Sequence record: MZ234013.1
Origin: Escherichia phage vB_EcoM-101112UKE3-1
Length of the DNA: 64,000 bases
Direction: 5' to 3' (one strand)
Position numbers and translations under genes: made by a program. Under the pieces are notes generated by a model that worked only from the letters and a program-made list of their open reading frames with translations, was not told the DNA's origin and did no database searches. Shown piece by piece: positions 28,579 to 39,066 of the stretch. The first letter of the stretch is position 1. Every line of letters starts with the position of its first letter.

Positions 28579-29319
28579 ATGATTAGTGACTCTATGACAG
28601 TTGAAGAAATCCGTCTTCATTTGGGGCTTGCATTAAAAGAAAAAGATTTCGTAGTTGATAAAACTGGCGTTAAAACTATTGAAATTATTGGCGCATCATT
28701 TATAGCAGATGAACCGTTTATTTTTGGCGCTCTTAATGATGAATACATTCAGCGTGAACTTGAATGGTATAAATCTAAGAGCTTGTTCGTTAAAGATATT
28801 CCGGGTGAAACACCAAAGATTTGGCAGCAGGTAGCATCTTCTAAAGGCGAAATTAACTCGAATTATGGTTGGGCTATTTGGTCAGAAGATAACTATGCCC
28901 AGTATGATATGTGTTTAGCTGAACTTGGTCAAAATCCTGATTCTCGACGTGGTATCATGATTTATACTCGTCCATCCATGCAATTTGACTACAATAAAGA
29001 TGGTATGTCAGATTTCATGTGTACGAATACAGTACAGTATCTGATTCGTGATAAGAAAGTCAATGCAGTAGTAAGCATGCGCTCAAATGACGTGGTCTTC
29101 GGATTCCGTAATGATTATGCATGGCAAAAATACGTATTAGATAAATTAGTATCTGATTTGAATGCAGGCGATTCAACTCGTCAGTATAAAGCAGGTTCTA
29201 TTATATGGAATGTTGGAAGTCTTCATGTATATTCTCGTCATTTTTACTTGGTTGATCATTGGTGGAATACTGGCGAAACTCATATTGTGAAAAAAGATTA
29301 TAACGGTGAGTGGAAATGA
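28579..29319 (+). CDS. 42: dCMP hydroxymethylase gp42
   Basis: 246 aa; size and sequence match recalled T4 gp42. Confidence 0.95.
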   Translation: MISDSMTVEEIRLHLGLALKEKDFVVDKTGVKTIEIIGASFIADEPFIFGALNDEYIQRELEWYKSKSLFVKDIPGETPKIWQQVASSKGEINSNYGWAIWSEDNYAQYDMCLAELGQNPDSRRGIMIYTRPSMQFDYNKDGMSDFMCTNTVQYLIRDKKVNAVVSMRSNDVVFGFRNDYAWQKYVLDKLVSDLNAGDSTRQYKAGSIIWNVGSLHVYSRHFYLVDHWWNTGETHIVKKDYNGEWK

Positions 29320-30158
29320 TTCAATTCGTAATTCCAAGTTATCAGCGTGTCGGGGCAGTTTCTGCCCTTGATATGTTTCCGACTGATTATGAACCCCATA
29401 TTGTAGTGCGTGAACATGAAGAAAAAGCTTATCATGACGCTTATGGGTCTAGAGCTAAAATTATAACTATTCCTGATGATGTAAACGGAATTGCCGGTAC
29501 TCGTAAAGCAATTACTGATATGTATGCAGGTCAACGAATCTGGATGATTGACGATGATACTACTATTCGTATGAGCTCAATGCGAAAAAGAGATGATCGT
29601 CGTTGTGTAGATAAAATTAATCAATTAACTCGTGAACAGTTCTATGAATTGATTCAATATGTTGAGGATGCCATGGATTGCGGGTATTATCATGGTCATG
29701 CTCGTCTACCTATTTTTAAAATTACTTCATCTTGGGGTAATTATCGTGAAAATTCATATGGATTCACGAATACATGGTATGACCTCGGAAAACTTACGAC
29801 AGAACAAATTGGGTATGGAAAAATTGATTTGTGCGAAGATATGTATGCATTTCTCAATTTAATTAATCAAGGTTATCCGCATTTGGCCTTGTTCAAATAT
29901 CTGGTTGTATCTGGAAAAGCACAAGCTCCTGGAGGGTGCAGTTCAATTCGTAGTAATTCTAAACATAATAGAGCGCTTGAGCAAATCAATAGAGAGTTTC
30001 CAGAGCAAGCTCGTTGGAAAACTTCTAATATTGAAAAACGAAAATCGTTGGGTGAAGAAGACGAGCCATTAAAGGTTCTTCGCATGTGTGTTTCACGTAA
30101 AGAAAAATCAGAAGCATTTCATAAGTTTAATGCTATTCATCCGATAGCAGTTGATTAA
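29316..30158 (+). CDS. DxD-type (GT-A-like) glycosyltransferase at the locus occupied by beta-gt in T4
   Basis: 280 aa from ATG 29316 (ATGA overlap with 42); IWMIDDDTTIRM DxD motif; size differs from T4 beta-gt (351 aa). Confidence 0.6.
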   Translation: MIQFVIPSYQRVGAVSALDMFPTDYEPHIVVREHEEKAYHDAYGSRAKIITIPDDVNGIAGTRKAITDMYAGQRIWMIDDDTTIRMSSMRKRDDRRCVDKINQLTREQFYELIQYVEDAMDCGYYHGHARLPIFKITSSWGNYRENSYGFTNTWYDLGKLTTEQIGYGKIDLCEDMYAFLNLINQGYPHLALFKYLVVSGKAQAPGGCSSIRSNSKHNRALEQINREFPEQARWKTSNIEKRKSLGEEDEPLKVLRMCVSRKEKSEAFHKFNAIHPIAVD

Positions 30159-30235
30159 TGCCTAAATTTATTGTGTTATAATTACTTTATCTTTAACCAG
30201 TGAGGAAAATATAATGATGCCTATGGAAAAAATGA

Positions 30236-31417
30236 ATGTCTATTGCAGATTTAAAATCCCGTTTGATTAAAGCTTCCACTTCTAAAATGACTGCTGAACT
30301 GACTACATCTAAATTCTTTAATGAAAAAGATGTAATCCGTACAAAAATTCCAATGCTTAATATCGCTATTTCTGGTGCGATTGATGGCGGTATGCAGTCT
30401 GGTTTAACTATTTTCGCAGGGCCTTCTAAACACTTTAAATCAAATATGTCTTTGACTATGGTTGCGGCATATTTGAACAAATATCCTGACGCGGTTTGTC
30501 TATTCTATGATAGTGAATTTGGTATTACTCCAGCTTATTTGCGATCCATGGGAGTTGACCCGGAACGAGTAATTCATACGCCAATCCAGTCAGTTGAACA
30601 GCTGAAAATTGATATGGTGAACCAGCTTGAAGCTATTGAGCGTGGTGAAAAGGTTATTGTATTCATCGACTCAATTGGTAATATGGCTTCTAAGAAAGAA
30701 ACGGAAGATGCCTTAAATGAAAAATCTGTGGCAGATATGACTCGTGCTAAATCACTGAAGTCATTATTCCGTATTGTTACTCCTTATTTTAGTATTAAAA
30801 ACATTCCATGTGTTGCGGTTAACCACACAATTGAAACAATTGAAATGTTTAGTAAAACCGTGATGACAGGTGGTACAGGCGTAATGTATTCGGCTGATAC
30901 TGTATTCATTATCGGTAAGCGCCAGATTAAAGATGGTTCTGATCTTCAGGGGTATCAATTTGTTCTAAATGTAGAAAAATCTCGTACCGTTAAAGAAAAA
31001 AGTAAATTCTTTATTGATGTTAAATTTGACGGGGGTATCGATCCTTATTCTGGATTGTTAGATATGGCTCTAGAATTAGGATTTGTAGTAAAACCTAAAA
31101 ATGGCTGGTATGCTCGTGAATTTCTTGACGAAGAAACCGGCGAGATGATTCGCGAAGAAAAATCTTGGCGTGCAAAAGATACTAACTGCACTACATTCTG
31201 GGGTCCTTTATTTAAGCATCAACCATTCCGAGATGCTATTAAACGTGCTTATCAGTTAGGTGCTATTGATAGTAATGAAATTGTTGAAGCTGAAGTTGAT
31301 GAATTGATTAACTCAAAGGTTGAAAAATTTAAATCCCCAGAAAGTAAAAGTAAATCAGCTGCTGATTTAGAAACTGACCTTGAGCAGTTAAGTGATATGG
31401 AAGAATTTAATGAATAA
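30236..31417 (+). CDS. uvsX: RecA-like recombinase UvsX
   Basis: 393 aa; Walker A GPSKHFKS; N-terminus MSIADLKSRLIKAS. Confidence 0.95.
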   Translation: MSIADLKSRLIKASTSKMTAELTTSKFFNEKDVIRTKIPMLNIAISGAIDGGMQSGLTIFAGPSKHFKSNMSLTMVAAYLNKYPDAVCLFYDSEFGITPAYLRSMGVDPERVIHTPIQSVEQLKIDMVNQLEAIERGEKVIVFIDSIGNMASKKETEDALNEKSVADMTRAKSLKSLFRIVTPYFSIKNIPCVAVNHTIETIEMFSKTVMTGGTGVMYSADTVFIIGKRQIKDGSDLQGYQFVLNVEKSRTVKEKSKFFIDVKFDGGIDPYSGLLDMALELGFVVKPKNGWYAREFLDEETGEMIREEKSWRAKDTNCTTFWGPLFKHQPFRDAIKRAYQLGAIDSNEIVEAEVDELINSKVEKFKSPESKSKSAADLETDLEQLSDMEEFNE

Positions 31418-31754
31418 AGATGATTTAGATTTAGATCTAGAAATTATCGATGAATCCCCCTCTTCGGAGGGGGAAGAAGAAAGAAAAGAACGTCTTTTTA
31501 ATGAGTCTCTTAAGATAATTAAATCTGCCATGGAAAATGTTATCCAGGAGATTGTCATTAAACTAGAAGATGGTTCTACACACATTGTGTATGTGACAAA
31601 ATTAGATTGGGTTGATGGAAAAGTCGTAATGGACTTTGCTGTTCTTGACCAAGAAAGAAAAGCTGAGTTAGCTCCTCATGTAGAAAAATGTATTACAATG
31701 CAATTACAAGATGCATTTAATAAAAGGTCAAAGAAAAAATTTAAATTCTTTTAA
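31410..31754 (+). CDS. 40: gp40 head assembly protein
   Basis: ATG 31410 overlapping uvsX 3' end (track ORF begins at GTG 31392); ~114 aa; position between uvsX and 41. Confidence 0.65.
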   Translation: MNKDDLDLDLEIIDESPSSEGEEERKERLFNESLKIIKSAMENVIQEIVIKLEDGSTHIVYVTKLDWVDGKVVMDFAVLDQERKAELAPHVEKCITMQLQDAFNKRSKKKFKFF

Positions 31755-31763
31755 GGAGTAAGT

Positions 31764-33191
31764 GTGGTAGAAATTATTCTTTCTCATCTCATATTTGATC
31801 AAGCTTATTTTTCAAAAGTTTGGCCATATATGGATTCAGAATATTTTGAAAGTGGTCCAGCTAAAAATACATTCAAATTAATTAAATCTCATGTTAATGA
31901 GTATCATAGCGTTCCATCTATTAATGCGTTAAATGTTGCATTAGAAAATAGTTCATTTACTGAAACAGAATATTCTGGTGTAAAAACACTTATTTCAAAA
32001 CTGGCTGATTCTCCAGAAGACCACAGCTGGTTAGTAAAAGAAACAGAAAAATATGTTCAGCAAAGGGCGATGTTTAATGCTACGTCTAAAATAATTGAAA
32101 TTCAAACTAATGCTGAGCTTCCTCCAGAAAAACGAAATAAGAAAATGCCGGATGTTGGTGCTATTCCTGACATCATGCGTCAAGCATTATCAATTTCATT
32201 TGATAGCTACGTTGGTCATGATTGGATGGATGACTACGAAGCACGCTGGCTATCTTATATGAATAAAGCTCGTAAGGTTCCATTTAGACTCAAAATTCTA
32301 AATAAAATTACTAAAGGCGGAGCTGAAACAGGAACACTGAACGTTTTAATGGCTGGCGTTAACGTTGGTAAATCATTAGGACTTTGTTCATTAGCAGCAG
32401 ATTATTTGCAGCTTGGTCATAACGTTCTTTATATCTCCATGGAAATGGCAGAAGAAGTCTGTGCTAAACGTATTGATGCTAACATGCTCGATGTTTCTCT
32501 TGATGACATTGATGATGGACATATTTCTTATGCCGAGTATAAAGGAAAAATGGAAAAATGGCGTGAGAAATCTACTCTCGGTCGTTTAATCGTTAAGCAA
32601 TATCCTACTGGTGGAGCAGACGCTAATACATTTCGATCACTTTTAAATGAATTAAAGCTCAAGAAGAATTTTGTTCCAACAATCATTATTGTCGACTATC
32701 TAGGTATTTGTAAATCTTGTCGCATTAGAGTTTATTCAGAAAATAGTTACACAACTGTTAAAGCCATTGCAGAGGAATTACGTGCTCTGGCTGTTGAAAC
32801 CGAAACTGTTCTTTGGACTGCAGCACAGGTTGGTAAACAAGCTTGGGATTCTTCTGATGTTAACATGAGTGATATCGCAGAATCTGCCGGTCTTCCAGCA
32901 ACAGCTGATTTTATGCTTGCGGTCATTGAAACCGAGGAGCTAGCAGCTGCTGAACAACAACTCATTAAGCAAATCAAATCACGATATGGTGATAAGAATA
33001 AGTGGAATAAGTTTTTGATGGGTGTTCAAAAAGGAAATCAGAAATGGGTAGAAATTGAACAAGATTCTACTCCAACTGAAGTGAGTGAGGTAGCAGGTTC
33101 ACAACAGATACAAGCTGAGCAGAATCGCTATCAAAGAAACGAATCGACTCGAGCTCAGTTAGATGCTTTGGCAAATGAATTAAAATTTTAG
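31764..33191 (+). CDS. 41: replicative DNA helicase gp41 (DnaB family)
   Basis: 475 aa, GTG start after AAGGAG; Walker A GVNVGKS. Confidence 0.95.
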   Translation: MVEIILSHLIFDQAYFSKVWPYMDSEYFESGPAKNTFKLIKSHVNEYHSVPSINALNVALENSSFTETEYSGVKTLISKLADSPEDHSWLVKETEKYVQQRAMFNATSKIIEIQTNAELPPEKRNKKMPDVGAIPDIMRQALSISFDSYVGHDWMDDYEARWLSYMNKARKVPFRLKILNKITKGGAETGTLNVLMAGVNVGKSLGLCSLAADYLQLGHNVLYISMEMAEEVCAKRIDANMLDVSLDDIDDGHISYAEYKGKMEKWREKSTLGRLIVKQYPTGGADANTFRSLLNELKLKKNFVPTIIIVDYLGICKSCRIRVYSENSYTTVKAIAEELRALAVETETVLWTAAQVGKQAWDSSDVNMSDIAESAGLPATADFMLAVIETEELAAAEQQLIKQIKSRYGDKNKWNKFLMGVQKGNQKWVEIEQDSTPTEVSEVAGSQQIQAEQNRYQRNESTRAQLDALANELKF

Positions 33192-33220
33192 TTTACAAGC
33201 TGACAAGACTATGGTATAGT
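33191..33220 (+). promoter_or_regulatory. T4 early-type promoter for dmd
   Basis: GTTTAC 33191-33196, TATAGT 33215-33220; -10 sits inside 8-bp inverted repeat ACAAGACT/AGTCTTGT. Confidence 0.6.
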
Positions 33221-33249
33221 AGTCTTGTTGGTTAAATGAGGAGATTGTT

Positions 33250-33432
33250 ATGGAATTGGTAAAGGTAGTTTTTATGGGGTGGTTTAAGAATGAAAGTATG
33301 TTTACTAAAGAAATCACAATGATGAAAGATGACGTTCAATGGGCTACTACTCAATATGCTGAAGTTAATAAAGCATTAGTTAAAGCTTTCATTGATGACA
33401 AGAAAGTATGTGAAGTAGATTGCCGAGGATAA
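33250..33432 (+). CDS. dmd: Dmd (antitoxin against RnlA/LsoA RNases)
   Basis: 60 aa; size and position immediately downstream of 41. Confidence 0.75.
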   Translation: MELVKVVFMGWFKNESMFTKEITMMKDDVQWATTQYAEVNKALVKAFIDDKKVCEVDCRG

Positions 33433-33433
33433 T

Positions 33434-33691
33434 ATGCATATTGTTTTATTTAAACCTACTCCGTATAACGTCAGGAAAAATACTCAATTCAAAGCACTTA
33501 TTGCAGATACGTGGGAATTGGTGCTAGATATTCCAGCAGAAGAAAGTCCTCCATTTGGTCGAGTGGAATTTATTAAGTTTGCTGTACGTCCTACGAAGCG
33601 ACAGATTCGTCAGTGTAAAAGGTATTTTCGTAAAATCGTCAAGTTAGAGAAACAGTTTGTAACATGTGATTACGCAGAAGTTTTAAAATAA
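33434..33691 (+). CDS. hypothetical protein (85 aa)
   Basis: ORF track. Confidence 0.45.
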   Translation: MHIVLFKPTPYNVRKNTQFKALIADTWELVLDIPAEESPPFGRVEFIKFAVRPTKRQIRQCKRYFRKIVKLEKQFVTCDYAEVLK

Positions 33692-33693
33692 CT

Positions 33694-33723
33694 GTTTACT
33701 TTTGTTGGAAATTGAGATACTAT
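33694..33723 (+). promoter_or_regulatory. T4 early-type promoter for sp
   Basis: GTTTAC 33694-33699, TACTAT 33718-33723, then GAGGAG and ATG 33752. Confidence 0.6.
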
Positions 33724-33751
33724 ATAAACATAAACTACTGAGGAGATTATC

Positions 33752-34045
33752 ATGAAAAAATTTATCTTTGCTACAATTTTTGCTTTAGCTTCTTGTGCTG
33801 CTCAGCCTGCTATGGCAGGTTATGATAAAGATTTATGTGAATGGTCTATGACTGCAGATCAGACTGAAGTTGAAACTCAAATTGAAGCGGATATTATGAA
33901 TATCGTTGAGCGTGATCGTCCTGAAATGAAAGCTGAAGTACAAAAACAGCTTAAATCAGGTGGTGTGATGCAGTATAACTATGTTTTGTATTGCGATAAA
34001 AACTTTAATAACAAAAATATCGTAACCGAAATCACAGGTGAATAA
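33752..34045 (+). CDS. sp: Spackle (periplasmic superinfection exclusion protein)
   Basis: 97 aa with cleavable signal peptide MKKFIFATIFALASCAAQPAMA; position upstream of 61. Confidence 0.8.
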   Translation: MKKFIFATIFALASCAAQPAMAGYDKDLCEWSMTADQTEVETQIEADIMNIVERDRPEMKAEVQKQLKSGGVMQYNYVLYCDKNFNNKNIVTEITGE

Positions 34046-34046
34046 T

Positions 34047-34685
34047 ATGATTTATTACATGCACAAAAACGCGCCGTTTAAATATGGTAAATTTCCTAAT
34101 GCGCAATGTTATAATATAACGCCGAATGAAAATAATAATGGATACCATATCGGTGTAATTTTTGTAATTGTTAAAGATAACGAAATCGTTGCCTGGGCAG
34201 ATTTTAAAGGTACAACACATGATGTTAATCCGGTGCCTTTCACATATTACAATATAATGGATTTGGCATATGATTATAATTGGTTTAATCATGACACGTT
34301 GGCTCATATTCATATTGAAGGTGTAGGATTTGACATCTCTTATTCTAGCTACTCATTGTGTCCTATGAGTCGGGCTCATAAAGAACCTGAATATTTTTCA
34401 TTTAGGAAACGTGTAAACTTTAAACGCAGCACAGAGTATGTCGGTGGAATATTTGTTAAAGATAATCGAATTATTCGTATTAATTATCCTTTGGGCTGTG
34501 GTCAAAAAGATATTGATGTTGATTTAGATTTCACTGAAAATAATATTAATCATATTGCTTCTGTGTATTTTGGTATCGATCACAAAATTGTAATATGTGG
34601 ATATGAATTACCGTTTGAAGAACAGCCTAAAGTAAAAGTTTCTATTGACGATCAAATTTTTAATGCTTTTATGAATAGAGGTTAA
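34047..34685 (+). CDS. hypothetical protein (212 aa) at the T4 61.2 position
   Basis: ATG 34047 two nt after sp stop; identity not verifiable. Confidence 0.5.
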   Translation: MIYYMHKNAPFKYGKFPNAQCYNITPNENNNGYHIGVIFVIVKDNEIVAWADFKGTTHDVNPVPFTYYNIMDLAYDYNWFNHDTLAHIHIEGVGFDISYSSYSLCPMSRAHKEPEYFSFRKRVNFKRSTEYVGGIFVKDNRIIRINYPLGCGQKDIDVDLDFTENNINHIASVYFGIDHKIVICGYELPFEEQPKVKVSIDDQIFNAFMNRG

Positions 34686-34686
34686 T

Positions 34687-34851
34687 ATGAAAACATATAA
34701 AGAATTTATTAAAGAAGATATGGTTGCTGGAGATTCAGGTGGTAATCCTGAAAATATCTCTACTGGAACAACATCAGGTGCTGTAGTAAATAAAGGTCCT
34801 GAACAGATTCCTAAAAAGAAAAAAGAGGAATCTAAAGAAAAAGAAGAGTAA
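34687..34851 (+). CDS. hypothetical small protein (54 aa)
   Basis: ATG 34687; Lys/Glu-rich tail. Confidence 0.35.
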   Translation: MKTYKEFIKEDMVAGDSGGNPENISTGTTSGAVVNKGPEQIPKKKKEESKEKEE

Positions 34852-34854
34852 AGA

Positions 34855-35883
34855 ATGTCATCAATAGCTTGGATTGATAATGAGTTTGCATATCGTGCAT
34901 TAGCTCATTTACCTAAATTCACACAAGTAAATAATAGTTCAACTTTTAAATTACGGTTTAGATGCCCAGTTTGTGGAGATTCAAAAACCGACCAAAATAA
35001 AGCGCGTGGATGGTATTATGGTGATAATAATGAAGGAAATATTCATTGTTATAACTGTAACTATCATGCGCCAATCGGAATATATTTAAAGGAGTTTGAA
35101 CCTGATTTATATCGTGAGTATATCTTTGAAATAAGAAAAGAAAAAGGTAAAAGTCGTCCAGTAGAAAAACCTAAAGAACTTCCTAAACATCCTGAGAAGA
35201 AAATAATTAAATCTCTTCCGTCATGTGTTAGATTAGATAAACTGGCGGAAGACCATCCAATTATAAAATATGTAAAAGCTCGTTGTATTCCAAAGGATAA
35301 ATGGAAATATCTTTGGTTTACAACCGAATGGCCTAAATTAGTTAATAGCATAGCACCGGGAACATACAAAAAGGAAATTTCTGAGCCTCGTCTTGTTATT
35401 CCAATTTATAATGCTAATGGAAAAGCTGAGTCTTTTCAAGGACGTGCATTAAAGAAAGATGCTCCTCAAAAATATATCACCATCAAAGCTTATCCTGAGG
35501 CAACAAAAATATATGGAGTCGAACGAGTTAAAGATGGTGATGTATATGTTCTAGAAGGACCTATAGATTCACTTTTTATTGAAAATGGTATAGCTATTAC
35601 GGGTGGTCAATTAGACCTAGAAGTTGTTCCATTTAAAGATAGACGAGTGTGGGTTTTAGATAATGAGCCTCGTCACCCTGACACTATCAAGCGAATGACT
35701 AAATTAGTTGATGCAGGAGAAAGGGTTATGTTTTGGGATAAATCTCCCTGGAAATCAAAAGATGTTAATGATATGATTAGAAAGGAAGGTGCAACCCCTG
35801 AACAAATTATGGAATATATGAAAAATAATATTGCCCAGGGGTTAATGGCTAAAATGCGGTTATCTAAATATGCCAAGATTTAA
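34855..35883 (+). CDS. 61: DNA primase gp61
   Basis: 342 aa; zinc ribbon CPVCGDS...CYNC followed by TOPRIM-like region. Confidence 0.95.
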   Translation: MSSIAWIDNEFAYRALAHLPKFTQVNNSSTFKLRFRCPVCGDSKTDQNKARGWYYGDNNEGNIHCYNCNYHAPIGIYLKEFEPDLYREYIFEIRKEKGKSRPVEKPKELPKHPEKKIIKSLPSCVRLDKLAEDHPIIKYVKARCIPKDKWKYLWFTTEWPKLVNSIAPGTYKKEISEPRLVIPIYNANGKAESFQGRALKKDAPQKYITIKAYPEATKIYGVERVKDGDVYVLEGPIDSLFIENGIAITGGQLDLEVVPFKDRRVWVLDNEPRHPDTIKRMTKLVDAGERVMFWDKSPWKSKDVNDMIRKEGATPEQIMEYMKNNIAQGLMAKMRLSKYAKI

Positions 35884-36080
35884 ATTAACCCAACTAAAGC
35901 AAATGCTAGATCTACGAATGTATCAAGAGTAACTACTGGAATATTAACACCATGCGCAATTGCAATTGGTGATAAAATAAAGTTCCAGAGTAAAATTCCT
36001 ACCATAGCAGAAATAGTAAAAGCTATACGTTTTTTATTACCTTTTATGGCATTAACAAGTGCCATTAATTTTTGTGCCAT
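35880..36080 (-). CDS. small hydrophobic protein (66 aa), convergent with gene 61
   Basis: Minus-strand ORF with strong SD (AAGGAGGA 5 nt before ATG 36080); two predicted TM segments. Confidence 0.4.
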   Translation of the reverse strand: MAQKLMALVNAIKGNKKRIAFTISAMVGILLWNFILSPIAIAHGVNIPVVTLDTFVDLAFALVGLI

Positions 36081-36124
36081 ATGTCCTCCTTTAAATTAAT
36101 ATTTATCACAAATTTCATAAATTT

Positions 36125-36154
36125 GTTTACTTTCTCAGCTTGTTATGGTATTAT
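36125..36154 (+). promoter_or_regulatory. T4 early-type promoter
   Basis: GTTTAC 36125-36130, TATTAT 36149-36154; drives ORF 36180 and dam. Confidence 0.6.
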
Positions 36155-36179
36155 AAAATAAATTGCTGAGGATGATATA

Positions 36180-37519
<1,340 letters not shown>

Positions 37520-37579
37520 TTGCTTACATACTCAAATGATATAATTATTTAACTTATTGATGAATTGAAAGGAAAAATA

Positions 37580-38098
37580 ATGGCTTACTTTAACGAATGT
37601 AGTCAACTGATCGAAGGCGCTGATAAAGCTCAAAATGAATATTGGGATATTCTCGGTGATGAAAAAGACCCGCTGCAGGTAATGCTTGACATGCAGAAAT
37701 CTCTGCAGATTCGTTTAGCTAAAGATAAACCTGAATATAACCGTCATCCTGATGATTTGGCTACTGCAGGTGAAGTTGTTGATTGGCTGCGTAATCAGAA
37801 AGATTATATTGATGATGAATTCCGCGAACTTCTGACTTCTCTTGGTGGTATGAGCAATGGTGAAAAAGATGCATCTGCTGTATGGAAGCCTTGGAAAGCT
37901 CAACATGGTGAACGACGTGAAACTCTGATTACTGATTTGTCTCCACAAGACCAGTTGGAAATTAAATTCGAAATGATTGATATTCTTCATTTCGTTCTGA
38001 ACATGTTCCAAGGCCTCGGTCTTACGGCTGAAGAAATCTTTAAACTTTATTATCTGAAAAATGCTGAAAATTTCGCTCGTCAAGACCGAGGTTATTAA
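37580..38098 (+). CDS. 56: dCTP/dCDP pyrophosphatase gp56
   Basis: 172 aa from ATG 37580 (AAAGGA upstream); position after dam. Confidence 0.85.
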   Translation: MAYFNECSQLIEGADKAQNEYWDILGDEKDPLQVMLDMQKSLQIRLAKDKPEYNRHPDDLATAGEVVDWLRNQKDYIDDEFRELLTSLGGMSNGEKDASAVWKPWKAQHGERRETLITDLSPQDQLEIKFEMIDILHFVLNMFQGLGLTAEEIFKLYYLKNAENFARQDRGY

Positions 38099-38128
38099 CA
38101 GCTCGTCTTAAAAGCCGCGAGAATTTAT

Positions 38129-38136
38129 TATAAATA
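38129..38136 (+). promoter_or_regulatory. late promoter (TATAAATA) for soc
   Basis: Exact TATAAATA 31 nt upstream of soc ATG. Confidence 0.6.
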
Positions 38137-38166
38137 ATCATGTAATTTAAATAAAAGGAGAATTAC

Positions 38167-38412
38167 ATGGCTAGTACTCGCGGTTATGTTAATATCAAAA
38201 CATTTGAGCAGAAATTAGATGGAAATAAGAAAATTGAAGGAAAGGAAATTTCAGTAGCTTTCCCTCTTTATTCTGACGTTCACAAAATTTCTGGTGCTCA
38301 TTACCAGACGTTCCCTTCAGAAAAAGCAGCATATACTACTGTATATGAAGAAAATCAGCGTACTGAATGGATTGCTGCAAACGAAGATTTGTGGAAAGTA
38401 ACTGGTGGTTAA
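38167..38412 (+). CDS. soc: small outer capsid protein Soc
   Basis: 81 aa; N-terminus MASTRGYVNIKTFEQ matches recalled T4 Soc. Confidence 0.9.
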   Translation: MASTRGYVNIKTFEQKLDGNKKIEGKEISVAFPLYSDVHKISGAHYQTFPSEKAAYTTVYEENQRTEWIAANEDLWKVTGG

Positions 38413-38419
38413 TAATTCA

Positions 38420-38445
38420 AGGACTCCTTCGGGAGTCCTTTTTTC
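38420..38445 (+). terminator. intrinsic terminator after soc
   Basis: AGGACTCC-TTCG-GGAGTCCT followed by TTTTT. Confidence 0.8.
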
Positions 38446-38454
38446 ATTTAAATG

Positions 38455-38484
38455 GTTTACTTTCCAAAATGAGTATGGTATAAT
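38455..38484 (+). promoter_or_regulatory. T4 early-type promoter
   Basis: GTTTAC 38455-38460, TATGG, TATAAT 38479-38484. Confidence 0.65.
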
Positions 38485-38510
38485 AGAATTATCTTATAGA
38501 GGAGAGCGCT

Positions 38511-38717
38511 ATGTTAAATCGTTGGATTAAACCGAATGAAGATTTAGATATTATCATTTCACGGCATGTAATGAAGAAATATGAACTACAGCCATGGTCT
38601 ACAGAAGTTGTTGTGCATTCATTTATGATGTACGCAGATGGTTCTGTTGAATTTAATGCAGAGATTCGATATGATTATGGCGAGAAGCAAGTTGAATTCA
38701 AAAGAGGCTTTTTGTAA
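38511..38717 (+). CDS. hypothetical protein (68 aa)
   Basis: ORF track. Confidence 0.4.
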   Translation: MLNRWIKPNEDLDIIISRHVMKKYELQPWSTEVVVHSFMMYADGSVEFNAEIRYDYGEKQVEFKRGFL

Positions 38718-39058
38718 TGTTTATCTTTAATTGGTTTAAAAGTTTCTTTACGGATTTTTTCTCTACAACTCCCGGAGAAGGTGTAGTTCCTATTTCAAAT
38801 GACTACCTTCCTTTAACTGTAGTTGAATATGTTTATATGGGAGATGGAACAGTAGAAGCAGTTACTATGACTTATGAAGAAGCCCAAGAATATTATAAAA
38901 ATCCTTGGCGCTGGTCAACACCTACTACATCATCTAATGCACAGAAAACACAGTCTAGTTCTGATTCATATGATACAAATGTTCCTGTTCACGTATGGGC
39001 AGGTGATTCATGTGGAAGTTCTTGTGATTCTAGTTGTTCATCTACATCTTGTGATTGA
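38717..39058 (+). CDS. hypothetical protein (113 aa) with Ser/Cys-rich C-terminal tail
   Basis: C-terminus [20 protein letters not shown]. Confidence 0.4.
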   Translation: MFIFNWFKSFFTDFFSTTPGEGVVPISNDYLPLTVVEYVYMGDGTVEAVTMTYEEAQEYYKNPWRWSTPTTSSNAQKTQSSSDSYDTNVPVHVWAGDSCGSSCDSSCSSTSCD

Positions 39059-39066
39059 GGAAAATT

